DNA of 64,000 bases from Octopus sinensis (GCF_006345805.1 NC_043015.1:28148001-28212000); one strand, 5' to 3'; counted from the first letter of the stretch, positions 12,347-24,101 are shown. Program-made: numbers and translations. Notes: generated by a model from the sequence alone, not told the origin.

Positions 12347-13009
12347 TCTGGTGGTGGTATGATGGTGGTGGTGGTGATGGTGACAACAACAAGAGTGATA
12401 GTTGTGATGATGATCTTTATATGCATTATCATTAAAAGAAATACAATTTTATTTCGGTTTCCCGCAACAGCTGAGTTCTTCAGTCTCTGATACAAAAACG
12501 GCTGCTTTCGAATTAATAAATGATAGACTATTTAGTTTATTATTCTATGTTCAATACATTAGAATGGTAAATTATCTCTTTGATAGTTCTTTTTTTTGAA
12601 ACCACACCATTTGTTTGTTTTGTTTATTTTTTGCTCCCCCCCCCACTCCACCATTTTTTTTTTTTTATGTTCTTTGACCAATATCCACCAATTTAGTTTT
12701 ACGACACCACACAGCTTTTTACGCAACATAAACTCTGACGTTTCTTTGTTTTAGCCACCGAATCCACAGCAGGTGGTGTTGTCGTTCCTCAGGTGAGAAC
12801 GACAAATCTTCTTTGGAAATTGTCTGCAATATAGAGAAATCTCAGCGCCACCTATTCTAGGTCTCACCCTGCAGTCAAAGTTTGCATTAGTAATGGCTTT
12901 AGTAATAAATTGTGCAAAAACTGTCTCTGCAACCTCATAGCCACCTGGCTGAAACAGTTTCTTGCGGGGTTTTTGGTTATTCTCTGCCATGGTGATAATG
13001 ATGGTGATA

Positions 13010-13505
13010 CTGATGATAATGATGGCGGCGGTAGTGGTGGTGCTGCTGGTGCTGGTGGTGGCGGCGGTGGCGGAGGCGGCTGTAGAGTGGTGGTAGCGGC
13101 GGTGGTGGCAGCGGTGGTGGTCGTAGTGGTGGAGGTGTTGATGGTGGTGGTGGTGGTGGTGACAGTGGTGAAGATGATGATGAGGAGGATCGTAATTATC
13201 TTTGTCATGTCATCATCATTATAACCACCACCACCACCACCACCACCACCACCACCACCACCACCACCACCACCACTATCACCACCACTACCACCACCGT
13301 CTTCATCATCATCCTTATCATCATCATCACCACCACCATCATCCTCATCTTCATCAATACCATCATTGCCATTATTGCCTCTATGGACACCACCATCATC
13401 ACCATTAGTGCCATCAGCCCCCATTACCACCACTATCCCCTTCACCACCAAGACAATCATCATCATCACCACCACCACCACCACAATCATCATCATTATT
13501 ATCAT
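13010..13505. repeat. (GGT)n switching to (CCA)n/(CAT)n trinucleotide tract
   Basis: Directly visible; the strand polarity flips near 13210. Confidence 0.9.
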
Positions 13506-13674
13506 CACAATTGTTGAGAAAAGTCTTGCATATTTTTACTGTTCCACTTACAGATTATATTTGAAATGGGTGAGTTAGTTATTTGATTTCTTTCTCTGAA
13601 AACCCTAACTGATCCAGATTGTTACTTAAGCATATACTCACAAAAACAAATGCACCTTTGGTGCATATGAAGTT

Positions 13675-13729
13675 GTCACCATGGTAACGGTTGTCTTACA
13701 GACAGACCCTTGCTCCGGTAACTAGCAAC
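13675..13729. promoter_or_regulatory. Pair of RFX X-box consensus sites
   Basis: GTCACCATGGTAAC (13675-13688) and GTAACTAGCAAC (13718-13729) both fit GTNRCY-N0-3-RGYAAC. Confidence 0.45.
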
Positions 13730-14169
13730 ACAAATATTTCTTACTGAAATAAATTAGATTAACATTACAACAGAAATACTAAAAGTGAAGCGTAATAAAA
13801 ATAACCATTGTGTTATATAACGTGGTATGATTGCGCAATACTAATAAAATGATTATTTGTCAAGACAGAGATCCATAAGCATTGTCACATCACCGTTAAC
13901 AAAAGATGAGTGAATGTACTGTAAACAAAACAGCTGTTGGCTATGGGTGTGTCCATTTGCGTTCCTTCATCTGAGCACTCTGTCATTTGATCACAATAAG
14001 GAAAAGAAGGATGTTTACTGTAATAATTGTATAGATTAGTATTAATAGTTTATCGTAATAGCCAGTCGTTGCCAGCATATGGTAATTCAGCATGCTAAGC
14101 AGTAGGAATCAGGCTAGCTCTTTACAGGTTTACAGGTTTCTCATTAAATCTTATTGTTCAAGGATAGGT

Positions 14170-14800
14170 GCATCAAATTCGACGACTGGCGTCCGTGCTA
14201 GCGGAGTGCAAAGAGCATCATACGAGTGTGATCATTGACAGAGCAGCTAACCAGCTTCCGTGCCAGTGGCACTTAAAAGGCACCATTCGAGCATGATCGT
14301 TACCAGCTTCGCCTTACTGGCACTTGTGCCCGTGCTAGTAGGGTGCCAAGAGCACCATCCAAGCATGATCATTGACAGAGCAGCTAACCAGCTTCCGTGC
14401 CAGTGGTACTTAAAAGGCACCATTCGAGTATGATCGTTACCAGCTTCGCCTTACTGGCACTTGAGCCCGTGCTAGTAGGGTGCCAAGAGCACCATCCGAG
14501 CATGATAGTTGCCAGAGCAGCCAACTGGCTTCCGTGCCAGTGGCACGTAAAAGGGCACCATTCGAGTGTGATCATTACCAACATCGCCTTAGTGGCACCT
14601 GTGCTGGTGGCATGTGTAAATAGATTTGAGCGAGGTCGTTGCCAGTACCGCCTGACTGGCCAGTGGCACGTAAAAAGCACCCACTACACTCTCGGAGTGG
14701 TTGGTGTTAGGAAGGGCATCCAGCTGTAGAAACTCTGCCAGATCAAGATTGGAGCCTGGTGCAGCCATCTGGTTCACCAGCCCTCAGTCAAAATTGTCCA
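14170..14800 (+). mobile_element. Family C element (probable RTE LINE 3'UTR) with an expanded internal module array
   Basis: Repeated GTGCC(A/G)GTGGCACGTAAAAGGCACC modules leading into GGTTGG.GTTAGGAAGGGCATCCAGCTGTAGAAAC. Confidence 0.8.
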
Positions 14801-15307
14801 AATCCACTCACAAGGCTTTGGTCGGCCCGATGCTGTAGTAGAAGACAGTTGCCCAAGGTGCCACGCAGTGGGACTGAACCCGGAACCATGTGGTTGGTAA
14901 GCAAGCTACTTACCACACAGCCACTCTTTTACTTGTATCAGTCATTTGGCTGTGGCCATGCTGGAGCACCGCCTTTATTCGAGCAAGCCTAGTACTTATT
15001 ATTCTTCATAAGCCTAGTACTTATTCAATTGTTCTCTTTTGCCGAACTGCGAAGTTACGGGCACGTAAACACACCAGCATCGGTTGTCAAGCGATGTTGG
15101 GGGGACAGACACACAGACACACAAACACACACGCGCATATATAAATATACATATATACGACGGGCTTCTTTCAGTTTCCGTCTATCAAATCCACTCACAA
15201 GGGTTTGGTCAGCCCGAGGCTATAGTAGAAGACACTTGTCCAAGGAGCCAGACGGTGGGTCTGAACCTGGAACCATGTGGTTGGTAAGCAAAGGAGTGGC
15301 TATATGG

Positions 15308-15717
15308 TGCAGGAGTGGCTGAGTGGTAAGTAGCTTGTTTACCAACCACATGGTTCTGGGTCCAGTCCCACTGCGTGGCATCTAGGGCAAGTGTCTTCTA
15401 CTATAGCCTCGGGCCGACCAAAGCCTTGTGAGTGGATTTGGTAGACGGAAACTGAAAGAAGCCCGTCGTATATATGTAAATATATATATATATGCGTGTG
15501 TGTGTTTGTGTGTCTGTGTTTGTACCCCTAGCATTGCTTGACAACCGGTGTGTTTATGTCCCCGTCACTTAGCGGTTCGGCAAAAGAGAACCGATAGAAT
15601 AAGTACTGGGCTTACAAAAAGAATAAGTCCCGGGGTCGAGTTGCTCGATTAAAGGCGGTGCTCCAGCATGGCCGCAGTCAAATGACTGAAACAAGTAAAA
15701 GGGTAAAAGAGAGAGTA
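15308..15717 (+). mobile_element. SINE-A full copy
   Basis: Consensus match. Confidence 0.9.
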
Positions 15718-16069
15718 GTCATGATACCCTCTGACCTTTGACCCGTGACCTGTGACCTGCAAGCCAGTGACCTGTAATAGTATTTCTATCTAGTGACATA
15801 GGAAGCAACCTCCTGCATTGAAAATCTAGACAAAAAATAACAAAAGAAGAAAAAAAGAAAAAGGAAAAAACAATGACTACAATAACAACAAACATTGTAG
15901 TTGTTAGCATGTTCAATGCAACAAGATGTTGCATCACACCGTGCTGCACTATATTCCGTTGCACTGCATTCTTCTCCTTTCCCTTCTCTTCTTCTCTGCT
16001 GTATATATATATATGTATTGGTGCAGGAGAAATAAAAGGTGACTACTATATATCAGTCTGTGCTGGATG

Positions 16070-16261
16070 AACTGGCTGGCAGGCTGGCTGGTCTGGCGGG
16101 CTGGCTGGCTGGTTGGCTGGCTGGCTGGTTGGCTGGCTGGCTGGTTGGCTGGCTGGTCTGGCTGGTTGGTTGGTTGGCTGGCTGGTCTGGCTGGCTGGCT
16201 GGCTGGCTAGGTGGATGGATGGATGGATGGATGGATGGATGGCTGGCTGGCTGGCTTGCTT

Positions 16262-16312
<51 letters not shown>

Positions 16313-16720
16313 AGGTGGATGGATGGATGGATGACTGGCTGGCTGGCTGGCTGGCTGGCCGGCTGGCGGACTGGCCGGCTGGTTGGCTGGTCAGCTAGTT
16401 GGCTGGCTGGCTGGCTAGCTGGTTGGATGGATGGATGGTTGCTTGGTTAGTAGGATGGTTGGCTGGATGTTTGGTTGGCTGGCTGGCTGGCTGGTTCCCT
16501 TGATGGTTGGTTGGCTGGCTTAGTTAGTTGGCTGTTGGTTGGCTGGTTGGCTGGTTTGATGGCTGGTTGGCTGGTATGTTGGTTAGCTGATTGATTTTAC
16601 TGGCTGGCTGAATGACAGACTGGATGGCTGGTTTGTTGGTCGACTGGTCGGCTGGCTGGCTGGCTGGCTGGCTGGCTTGCTGGCTGGCTGGCTAACAGGC
16701 TGGATCAATGGATGGATGGC
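16070..16720. repeat. (GGCT)n/(GGAT)n/(GGTT)n tetranucleotide tract
   Basis: Directly visible. Confidence 0.95.
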
Positions 16721-17037
16721 TACTTCAGTCGTTGATGCTACAGCTGTTTTAACACCAGGATAGACAAGGGCAACAGAGATCAAGCAGACACGTGATTACA
16801 GACATTCCAACTGTGTCCATCCCATTTTTTAAAAATTTCAGACACAATGTAGCCTCTGGAGATTACATCATATAATGTGCCTTTCATTTTAATGGCAGCA
16901 GTATGAGATTTTGAGAGAGGTTTAGTTGCTATCTCTAGCAGGTCAAGTGACCACGTTCAAGCTCCTCCATTAGCTTCAACTGGTTTAATTGTAATGGTGG
17001 TGGATGTAGTAGAGGTTGTTTATAGAGGTTCTACATA

Positions 17038-17377
17038 GAGGTGGTGGTGGTGGTGGTGCTGGTGCTGGTGCTGGTAATGGTGGAGGTGGTGGTTGTGGTG
17101 GTAATGGTGGAGGTGGTGGTTGTGGTGGTTGTGGTGGTGGTGGTAACGGTGGTAGTGGTGGTGGTGGTGGTGGTGGTAGTGGTAATGGTGGAGGTGGAGG
17201 TGGTGGTGGTAATGGTGGAGGTGGTAGTGGTAATGGTGGTGGTGGTGGTGGTGGTGGTAGTGGTAATGGTGGTGCTGGTGGTGGTGGTGGTAATGGTGGT
17301 GGTGCTGGTGGTGGTTGTGGTGGTGGTGGTGCTTGTGGTGGTGGTGGTGATGTTGGTGGTAATGGTGGTGGTAATGG

Positions 17378-17408
<31 letters not shown>

Positions 17409-17785
17409 GGTGGTGTATGGTAATGGTGGAGGTGGTGGTGGAGGTGGTGGTGGTTGGTGGTGGTAATGGTGGTGTGGTGGTGGTGGTAGTGGTGGTGGTG
17501 GTGGTGGTGGTAGTGGTAATGGTGGTGCTGGTGGTGGTGGTGGTAATGGTGGTGGTGCTGGTGGTGGTTGTGGTGGTGGTGGTGATGTTGGTGGTAATGG
17601 TGGTGGTGGTGCTGGTGGTGGTGCTTGTGGTGGTGGTGGTGGTGGTGGTGCTGGTGGTGGTATGGTAATGGTGGAGGTGGTGGTGGAGGTGGTGGTGGTG
17701 GTGGTGGTAATGGTGGTGGTGGTGGTGGTGGTGGTGGTGGTGGTGGTGGTGGGTGGTGGTGGTGGCGGTAATGGTGATGGTGGTG
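17038..17785. repeat. (GGT)n tract with interruptions
   Basis: Directly visible. Confidence 0.95.
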
Positions 17786-17929
17786 GTTTAGATGGTTTCT
17801 ACTACCATTTGTGTAGCACTCAGGCATCCTAGTCTGGGTGCTTAATTGTAAGATCCTTCCTCTCCCACCCAGCATCTGCAACAGAACATATCTCTGGGAC
17901 CGTTTTCTGATCTCACAGATCATGAGGAT

Positions 17930-18308
17930 TTATATATGCCAACAGGCTTCTTTCAGTTTCCGTCTACCAAATCCACTCACAAGGCTTTGGTCGGCCCGAT
18001 GCTATAGTAGAAGACACTTGCCCAAAGTGCCATGCAATAGGACTGAACCCGGAACCATTTGGTTGGTAAGCAAGCTACCTACCACACAGCCACTCCTGTG
18101 TTTATATATATATATATATATGTACACACACACATATATATGACAAGCTTCTTTCAGTTTCCGTCCACCAAATCCACTCACAAGGCTTTGGTCGGCCTGA
18201 GGCTATAGTAGAAGACACTTGCCCAAGGTGCCACGCGGTGGGACTGAACCCGGAACCATGCGGTTGGTAAGCAAGCTACTTACCACACAGCCACTCCTAC
18301 GCCTATAA

Positions 18309-18341
<33 letters not shown>

Positions 18342-18509
18342 CACATATACGACGGGCTTCTTTCAGTTTCCGTCTACCAAATCCACTCACAAGGCTTGGT
18401 CGGCCCGAGGCTATAGTAGAAGACACTTGCCCAAGGTTCCATGCAGCAGGACTGAACCCGGAGCCATGTGGTTGGTAAGCAAGCTACTTACCACACAGCC
18501 ACTCCTACG

Positions 18510-18561
<52 letters not shown>

Positions 18562-18742
18562 CACACACATATATACGACAAGCTTCTTTCAGTTTCCGTC
18601 TACCAAATCCACTCACAAGGCTTTGGTCGGCCCGAGCTATAGTAGAAGACACTTGCCCAAGGTGCCACGCGGTGGGACTGAACCCGGAACCATGCGGTTG
18701 GTAAGCAAGCTACTTACCACACAGCCACTCCTACGCCTATAA

Positions 18743-18775
<33 letters not shown>

Positions 18776-19558
18776 CACATATACGACGGGCTTCTTTCAG
18801 TTTCCGTCTACCAAATCCACTCACAAGGCTTTGGTCGGCCCGAGGCTATAGTAGAAGACACTTGCCCAAGGTTCCATGCAGCAGGACTGAACCCGGAGCC
18901 ATGTGGTTGGTAAGCAAGCTACTTACCACACAGCCACTCCTACGCCTATATATATATATATATGTACACACACACATATATACGACAAGCTTCTTTCAGT
19001 TTCTGTCTACCAAATCCACTCACAAGGCTTTGGTCGGCCCGAGGCTATAGTAGAAGACACTTGACCAAGGTGCCACGCGGTGGGGCTGAACCGGAACCAT
19101 GCGGTTGGTAAGCAAGCTACTTACCACACAGCCACTCCTACGCCTATATATATATTATATATATATATGTATATATATATATATACACATATACGACGGG
19201 CTTCTTTCAGTTTCCGTCTACCAAATCCACTCACAAGGCTTTGGTCGGCCCGAGGCTATAGTAGAAGACACTTGCCCAAGGTTCCATGCAGCAGGACTGA
19301 ACCCGGAGCCATGTGGTTGGTAAGCAAGCTACTACCACACAGCCACTCCTACGCCTATATATATATATATATGTACACACACACATATATACGACAAGCT
19401 TCTTTCAGTTTCCGTCTACCAAATCCACTCACAAGGCTTTGGTCGGCCCGAGGCTATAGTAGAAGACACTTGCCCAAGGTGCCACGCGGTGGGACTGAAC
19501 CCGGAACCATGTGGTTGGTAAGCAAGCTACTTACCACACAGCCACTCCTACGCCTATA
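17930..19558 (-). repeat. Tandem array of eight SINE-A 5' halves separated by (TA)n, with a dimeric higher-order unit
   Basis: GCTTCTTTCAGTTT recurs near 17945, 18146, 18355, 18581, 18789, 18988, 19199 and 19397; alternating diagnostic variants. Confidence 0.95.
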
Positions 19559-20072
19559 TGTGCAAGTGTTGTTAATGTTTCGGTGGTTGCTGAGCAGGAT
19601 TTTTCAAAGCCATTTAAATTACCATTGCTTCATTTTTTTTTCTCTCATTTTTTGATTGTTTGATTGTTTTGTTCTGTTAGTCTTCTTCTCTTTTGACCGT
19701 TTTCTCTTCATTTCAGTTTATGCTAATATTTAAATATTTTTTTTGTCTTTTTTGTATGTGTATCAGAGGGGTGTATTTATTTTTTTGTGGCATCACTTCT
19801 TCCTGCCTCTCCATTAGAAGCAGCCATACAGAAATATTAACAAACAAAATTCTGAAAAAAACAAAAAATAGAAATATACAAGTTGCAAACTTTACTTCAC
19901 CCTCCTCCAAAATAAACGGAGTGGACACAGAAATGTTTCAAAGCCTTCCTTTGCTACAATAATCCATTACAAAAAAACACATTTTTTTTACATGAAATAA
20001 AAGCACAGAAATAAAAAAAAATTATTGAGAAAGCAAGGCAAACAAGTCCACTCAAGCCAAACAGAAGTTAGC

Positions 20073-20256
20073 GGATTTGAAGTGAAAGAAACGTGGTATG
20101 AACACAGGCCGGAGGTTGACATGGAAAATAGGAATCACAGGGTTTTATGGTTTTATGGGATTTCTCCATAGAGACTGATCATACTATTGGAACAAGAAGA
20201 CCAAATGTGATAACGGGGAACAAACAGTGTAAGGTCATTGACATTGCAATCCTGTA
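20073..20256 (+). mobile_element. R4/Dong-type non-LTR retroelement fragment, restriction-like endonuclease region
   Basis: GFEVKETWYEHRPEVDMENRNHRVLW / DFSIETDHTIGTRRPNVITGNKQCKVIDIAI; an 8-bp TTTTATGG duplication causes the frameshift. Matches the WYEH.P...EN...LWDF.I.TD..I..RRPD...IDIA pattern. Confidence 0.75.
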
Positions 20257-21416
20257 TAACATTGCAATCTTGTATGACATTGCAATTCTGTATGACATTG
20301 CTATTCTGTATGACATTGCAATCTTGTATGACATTACTGTCCTGTGTGACATTGCAATCTTGTATGACATTGCAATTCTGTATGGCATTGCTATTCTTTA
20401 TGGCATTGCTATTCTGTATGTCATTGCAATTCTGTATGGCATTGCTATTCTTTATGGCATTGCTATTCTGTATGTCATTGCAATCATGTATGACATTGCA
20501 ATCCTGTATGACATTGCAATCTTGTATGACATTGCTGTCCTGTGTGACATTGCAATTCTATATGACATTGCAATCCTGTATGACATTGCAATCTTGTATG
20601 ACATTGCTGTCCTGTGTGACATTGCTATTCTATATGTCATTGAAATTCTGTATGGCATTGCTATTCTGTATGACATTACTATTCTGTATGACATTGCAAT
20701 CTTGTATGACATTGCTGTCCTGTGTGACATTGCAATTCTATATGACATTGCAATCCTGTATGACATTGCAATCTTGTATGACATTGCTGTCCTGTGTGAC
20801 ATTGCTATTCTATATGTCATTGAAATTCTGTATGGCATTGCTATTCTGTATGACATTACTATTCTGTATGACATTGCAATCTTGTATGACATTGCTGTCC
20901 TGTGTGACATTGCAATTCTATATGACATTGCAATCCTGTATGACATTGCTGTCCTGTGTGACATTGCTATTCTATATGTCATTGCTATTCTTTATGGCAT
21001 TGCTATTCTGTATGACATTACTATTCTGTATGACATTGCAATCTTGTATGACATTGCTGTCCTGTGTGACATTGCAATTCTATATGTCATTGAAATTCTG
21101 TATGGCATTGCTATTCTGTATGACGTTACTATTCTGTATGACATTGCAATCTTGTATGACATTGCTGTCCTGTGTGACATTGCAATTCTATATGACATTG
21201 CTATTCTGTATGACATTGCAATCTTGTATGACATTGCTGTCCTGTGTGACATTGCAATTCTATATGTCATTGAAATTCTGTATGGCATTGCTATTCTGTA
21301 TGACATTGCAATCCTGTATGACATTGCTATTCTGTATGACATTGCTATTCTGTATGACATTGCTATTCTGTGTGTCATTGCAATCCTGCATGACATTGCA
21401 ATCCTGTATGACATTG
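20239..21416 (+). repeat. 18-bp-unit minisatellite (consensus TGACATTGCAATCCTGTA), about 65 units, with 180-bp higher-order repeat
   Basis: Directly visible; the sequence lines starting at 20521, 20701 and 20881 are identical (10-unit period). Confidence 0.97.
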
Positions 21417-22019
21417 TTCTTGACCACTTCCCCCACCCCCTCTCTCTCTATTTCACTCTGTCTGTCTGTCTCTCTCTATTTCACTGTCTGTCTGTCTCCC
21501 TCTCTCATGGCCTCACTCTGTCTCTCTCTCCCTCTTTCGATCACCACTCGCTTCGCCAAGACTTCCTCCACCACTACCACCACCACCCTATATAAACTAG
21601 CACACTCACACGGACTCCCCCCACTCGCTTTCAATACCCTGCCGAAGAATACGGATCCTGGATGTCCAGATAAGTTTTTTTGTCTTTCCAACCTCGTTTC
21701 ATCTACTCTTCTATTTCTGCACAGATCATAATCCCCCCCCCCCTAGTTCTTTTCATTATTCTGTCTATTTCAGTACCATATCATCATGTAAGTATAGTTT
21801 TCAATAGTCTCATCTTCCTTGTTGTTCCCTTAAGATAACCTTAGTTCATGCATTTCCTTAACTGCAACATATTCATAGATTCATTCATCTATTAAAGTTT
21901 TATCACACAGTCACTTATTAGTCAAATTTTTTCTTAGATTGTCTGACTGAAAACTCTCAGATTTTTCAAGTCTATTTTACTATTTTCAACATTTGCTGTC
22001 TCGTTAAATATGCTATGCA

Positions 22020-22282
22020 GACCCCGTGCCGGTGGCACATAAAAAGCACCAATCCGACCATGGCCATTTACCAGCCCCATCTGGCACCTGTGCCGGTGGC
22101 ATGTAAAAAGCACCCACTACACTCGCGGAGTGGTTCGCGTTAGGAAGGGCATCCAGCCGTAGAAACATTGCCAGATCAGACTGGGCCTGGTGCAGCCTTC
22201 TGGCTTCCCAGACCCCAGTTGAACCGTCCAACCCATGCTAGCATGGAAAGCAGATGCTAAATGATGATGATGATGATGATGA
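22020..22282 (+). mobile_element. Family C 3' fragment with (GAT)n tail
   Basis: Shared 3' consensus ...CCAACCCATGCTAGCATGGAAAG...(GAT)n. Confidence 0.85.
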
Positions 22283-23442
22283 TGATCCCAAAGAATATTT
22301 TCCTCCCTCGTGTTCTTGACCACCTCCCCTCTCTCTCTCAATTTCACTCTGTCTCTCTCCCCCTCTTTCAATTACCACTCGCCTCACCAAGACTTCCACC
22401 ACCATCAACACCACCACATATAAACCAGCACAAGCAGAAGATGCTCTCCTCTAAACTTCCTGTACCGGAAGTTTTGAATTAAAATGCTGGATTGCAATGG
22501 TTACGTTAGCTTTCACAAAAATTAGAGCCAGTCTGGAAAAATTAAATAGTTATAATGACATCTCACATCAGCAAATAATTTGTTTTCTGGTGTTATAAAC
22601 AAGAATCACAAATCTTGAGAGATTCATTAGTTGAGAGAATGCCTTTGACTGATGAGAGACAATGATGTTGAAACACATGGCGTCCTAGAGACCCCCTATG
22701 CTAATGAATTGGGTATATTATAAACACACATTCATCTGAAATGAGAAATTGTTCTGCTATGATGAAACACAACAACAATTAACATATTCGTGTTCCAAGC
22801 TGCTGGAAAATATTGAGAATAAATATGCAAATCATCACTGTGATTCTCACAGTTTCCTATGAATATAATTTATAATCAGTTGGCAGCTATTAGCAGGCAT
22901 CAGTAAAAAATCTGTTTGTTGAAGTTATAAATATGAGCCATGAAGATTTACTGCGCATTTGAAGATTTATTATAATAATTTTAACTGCAACTTGTGGATG
23001 TAAATTACAGTGGTCAGATGCTGGAAGTGAGTAAAAGATGAATGGCCTTTGAAAAGAAATGATATAGAAAAATACTTTGCAATCCATTTCTAGAACATTG
23101 ACCTCACGCTAGTGTTGAAAAATTGTCAAGTAAAGTGAAAAACCATTAAAGTCTGTCAATTGTTAGAAGATGAAAAAAAAGAGTTGCTATGACATTAAGT
23201 ATGTACTGACTGTCAATAAAAATGGATGACCAATGGTTGAAAAATATCAAGAGATGAATAAGGAGGAGAATAGTAGAATATACAGAGAGAGGGAAAAAAA
23301 TACACCCATAGGGCAGGGGCTTTAGTGTATTTGTGTCTAGGATGTCAAAAAGTGTAATAGTGGTACCATCTCAGATGTGGGAGATACATTTCCTTGCAGG
23401 AATAAATAATGTCAAAAAATTTTTGAATATATATATATATAT

Positions 23443-23820
23443 TGTTACGCCGCCCCTCAGGCCCACGATGCCACCACGGGCCCTAGTGTGTGGCGCGTGC
23501 ACTCAGTAAACTGGAAATCCACCACGGGAAGGCGGGGAAGGCAGCGAATGCAGCCAGGACCAAGAACAACAGTAACAACAAAAGAAAGAGACATACTGTA
23601 AGTCAACAGTGTGTAACTCCCTTCCCAACATTATTTTTTAAAAACTTTCCATGACCGTATGGGGCCAGAGTTCAGTGCCTACGGCCATTAATAATCATGC
23701 TCCTTGACAGGACAAAGGAAATACCACTGTCCTGAACAACTGGAGCGCCGTTTCGATTCCAACTAATGGAACAAGGGGCATAATGTTTTTTTGTTCGTTT
23801 ACATTTTCCTTGGCGTTCAT

Positions 23821-23824
<4 letters not shown>
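23443..23824. mobile_element. Solo LTR (probably Gypsy), 382 bp
   Basis: Starts TGTTACG, ends CATAACA (inverted termini); ATAT on both sides within a (TA)n tract. Confidence 0.7.
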
Positions 23825-23857
<33 letters not shown>

Positions 23858-23861
<4 letters not shown>

Positions 23862-24101
23862 GTCATCCCATAAGTTCTGTCAAATTTTACCTTTTTTAAA
23901 ATTGAATGAAATTTAATAGTATTTTAGAACGTCTAATGGAATTAAAAATTATTTTTGTGCATTTGTGTACATTTAAGCAAATTAAATATTATTTTACAGA
24001 ATAACAGAATTAAAATTTCTTTGATTAAAACCCTTTCTAACATGGAAGTATCCAAAGAGCATTTAAGGCACATAATGCTTTATGAGTACAAAAAAGGGAA
24101 C
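23858..24101 (+). mobile_element. Mariner 5' end fragment (TIR plus transposase start MEVSKEHLRHIMLYEYKKGN)
   Basis: TA-flanked TCAGGTCATCCCATAAG terminus; N-terminal R..MLYE.KKG motif of mariner transposases. Confidence 0.7.

Noticed and set aside
17930-19558. CRISPR-like repeat/spacer appearance of the SINE arrays (also 61035-61737)
   Set aside because: Repeats are ~190-210 bp SINE segments, the 'spacers' are (TA)n or absent, there are no cas genes, and the context is eukaryotic.
22649-22690. CTGATGAG...GAAAC...GTC hammerhead-like string
   Set aside because: Stems I, II and III cannot be formed convincingly.
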